Origin: Gemmatimonadota bacterium
GTDB lineage: Bacteria > JBHIER01 > G020348925
Assembly: GCA_020348925.1 (NCBI GenBank)
Contig: CP070758.1
Location: 700,469-764,468 of the forward strand
Reading direction: 5' to 3'
DNA: 64,000 bases
The notes under the pieces are model-generated. The model was not told the DNA's origin. It saw nothing but the letters and a program-made list of their open reading frames with translations, and ran no database searches. The position numbers and the translations under genes are program-made. This document shows, one piece after another, positions 63,453 to 64,000 of this stretch. Positions within the stretch are counted from its first letter, which is position 1. Each line of letters begins with the position of its first letter.

Positions 63453-64000
63453 TCAAGCACCTCGTTTAGAATCTGGATTTTGACGTTTGAGTCTTTCTCA
63501 ACAAAACTGAGATTTTCAGGCAAAACAATAAGACTATTTGCCTGGCTCATTGACCGTAAAATACCCGACCCCTGAGGACCGCTTGGTGATGTATAATAAA
63601 CTCCGTTATTCACTATAGTCTTAGCTCTGATAAAATGGACTCTTCCTGGATTGATTCGAATATCTTCCATTACAATAGCATTGACAAGAGGTTGTAATCG
63701 GTGTTTTCTTCCGGACATTTTGAAAATTGCTGGTTTGACGAACTGTTCAAAAGAAACCATAGATGAAACAGGATTACCTGGAAGCCCGAAGACGGGTTTC
63801 CCTTTTATGAGTCCAAACGCAAGAGGCTTACCCGGTTTCATGGCCACTTTCCAAAATTTCATCCTTGTTCCAAGTTCGGCCAAGATGTCCTTTACGAGGT
63901 CATAAGCCCCGACTGAAATACCACCTGAAACCAGGATCATATCAGCCATCAATCCAGACAGTAATTTTTCTTTAATGACTTTCGCTTCATCACACGCAAT
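63449..64000 (-). CDS. moeA: Molybdopterin molybdenumtransferase, C-terminal part (5' end outside the window)
   Basis: SGGISVGAYDLVK, VAMKPGKP, FGLPGNPVS, QGSGILRSMSQAN. Confidence 0.95.
   Translation of the reverse strand: MACDEAKVIKEKLLSGLMADMILVSGGISVGAYDLVKDILAELGTRMKFWKVAMKPGKPLAFGLIKGKPVFGLPGNPVSSMVSFEQFVKPAIFKMSGRKHRLQPLVNAIVMEDIRINPGRVHFIRAKTIVNNGVYYTSPSGPQGSGILRSMSQANSLIVLPENLSFVEKDSNVKIQILNEVLE

Overview
This is not one continuous locus. Seven runs of exactly 100 N (3173-3272, 7336-7435, 35450-35549, 41756-41855, 52224-52323, 56634-56733, 59301-59400) join eight contigs, as in a concatenated draft genome or MAG, so every ORF in the track that crosses an N run is a chimera. The gene content (TonB-dependent receptor, TonB, OmpA-like protein, a T9SS/FlgD-type C-terminal domain, S46 peptidase, a Tat-exported 4Fe-4S protein) suggests a diderm, probably anaerobic bacterium of an FCB-like lineage; this taxonomy is inference only. 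Housekeeping genes: tsaD, nfi, rsmI, tmk, alr, cysS, ddl, cysK, mobB, moeA, an S41 protease, and tRNA-Thr(TGT)/tRNA-Tyr(GTA). Mobile or accessory elements: the 5' part of an IS110 transposase whose RBS and start codon are locked in a hairpin, the 3' end (domains V-VI) of a group II intron, a HEPN-MNT module and a REP-like palindrome. The most notable items are: (1) secreted cohesin- and dockerin-like proteins, including a multi-cohesin scaffoldin-like protein, with no glycoside hydrolase visible and a six-cysteine ~36-aa repeat shared between two of them; (2) a single-ORF fusion of an NMN/NaMN adenylyltransferase-like domain to a GltD/PreT-like Fe-S flavoprotein with an altered pyridine-nucleotide site; (3) two sigma-54 promoters, one with a long structured leader before a TonB receptor and one with four candidate enhancer sites before a lipoyl-less GcvH-like/HybA-like operon; (4) an inositol-lipid synthesis gene pair.
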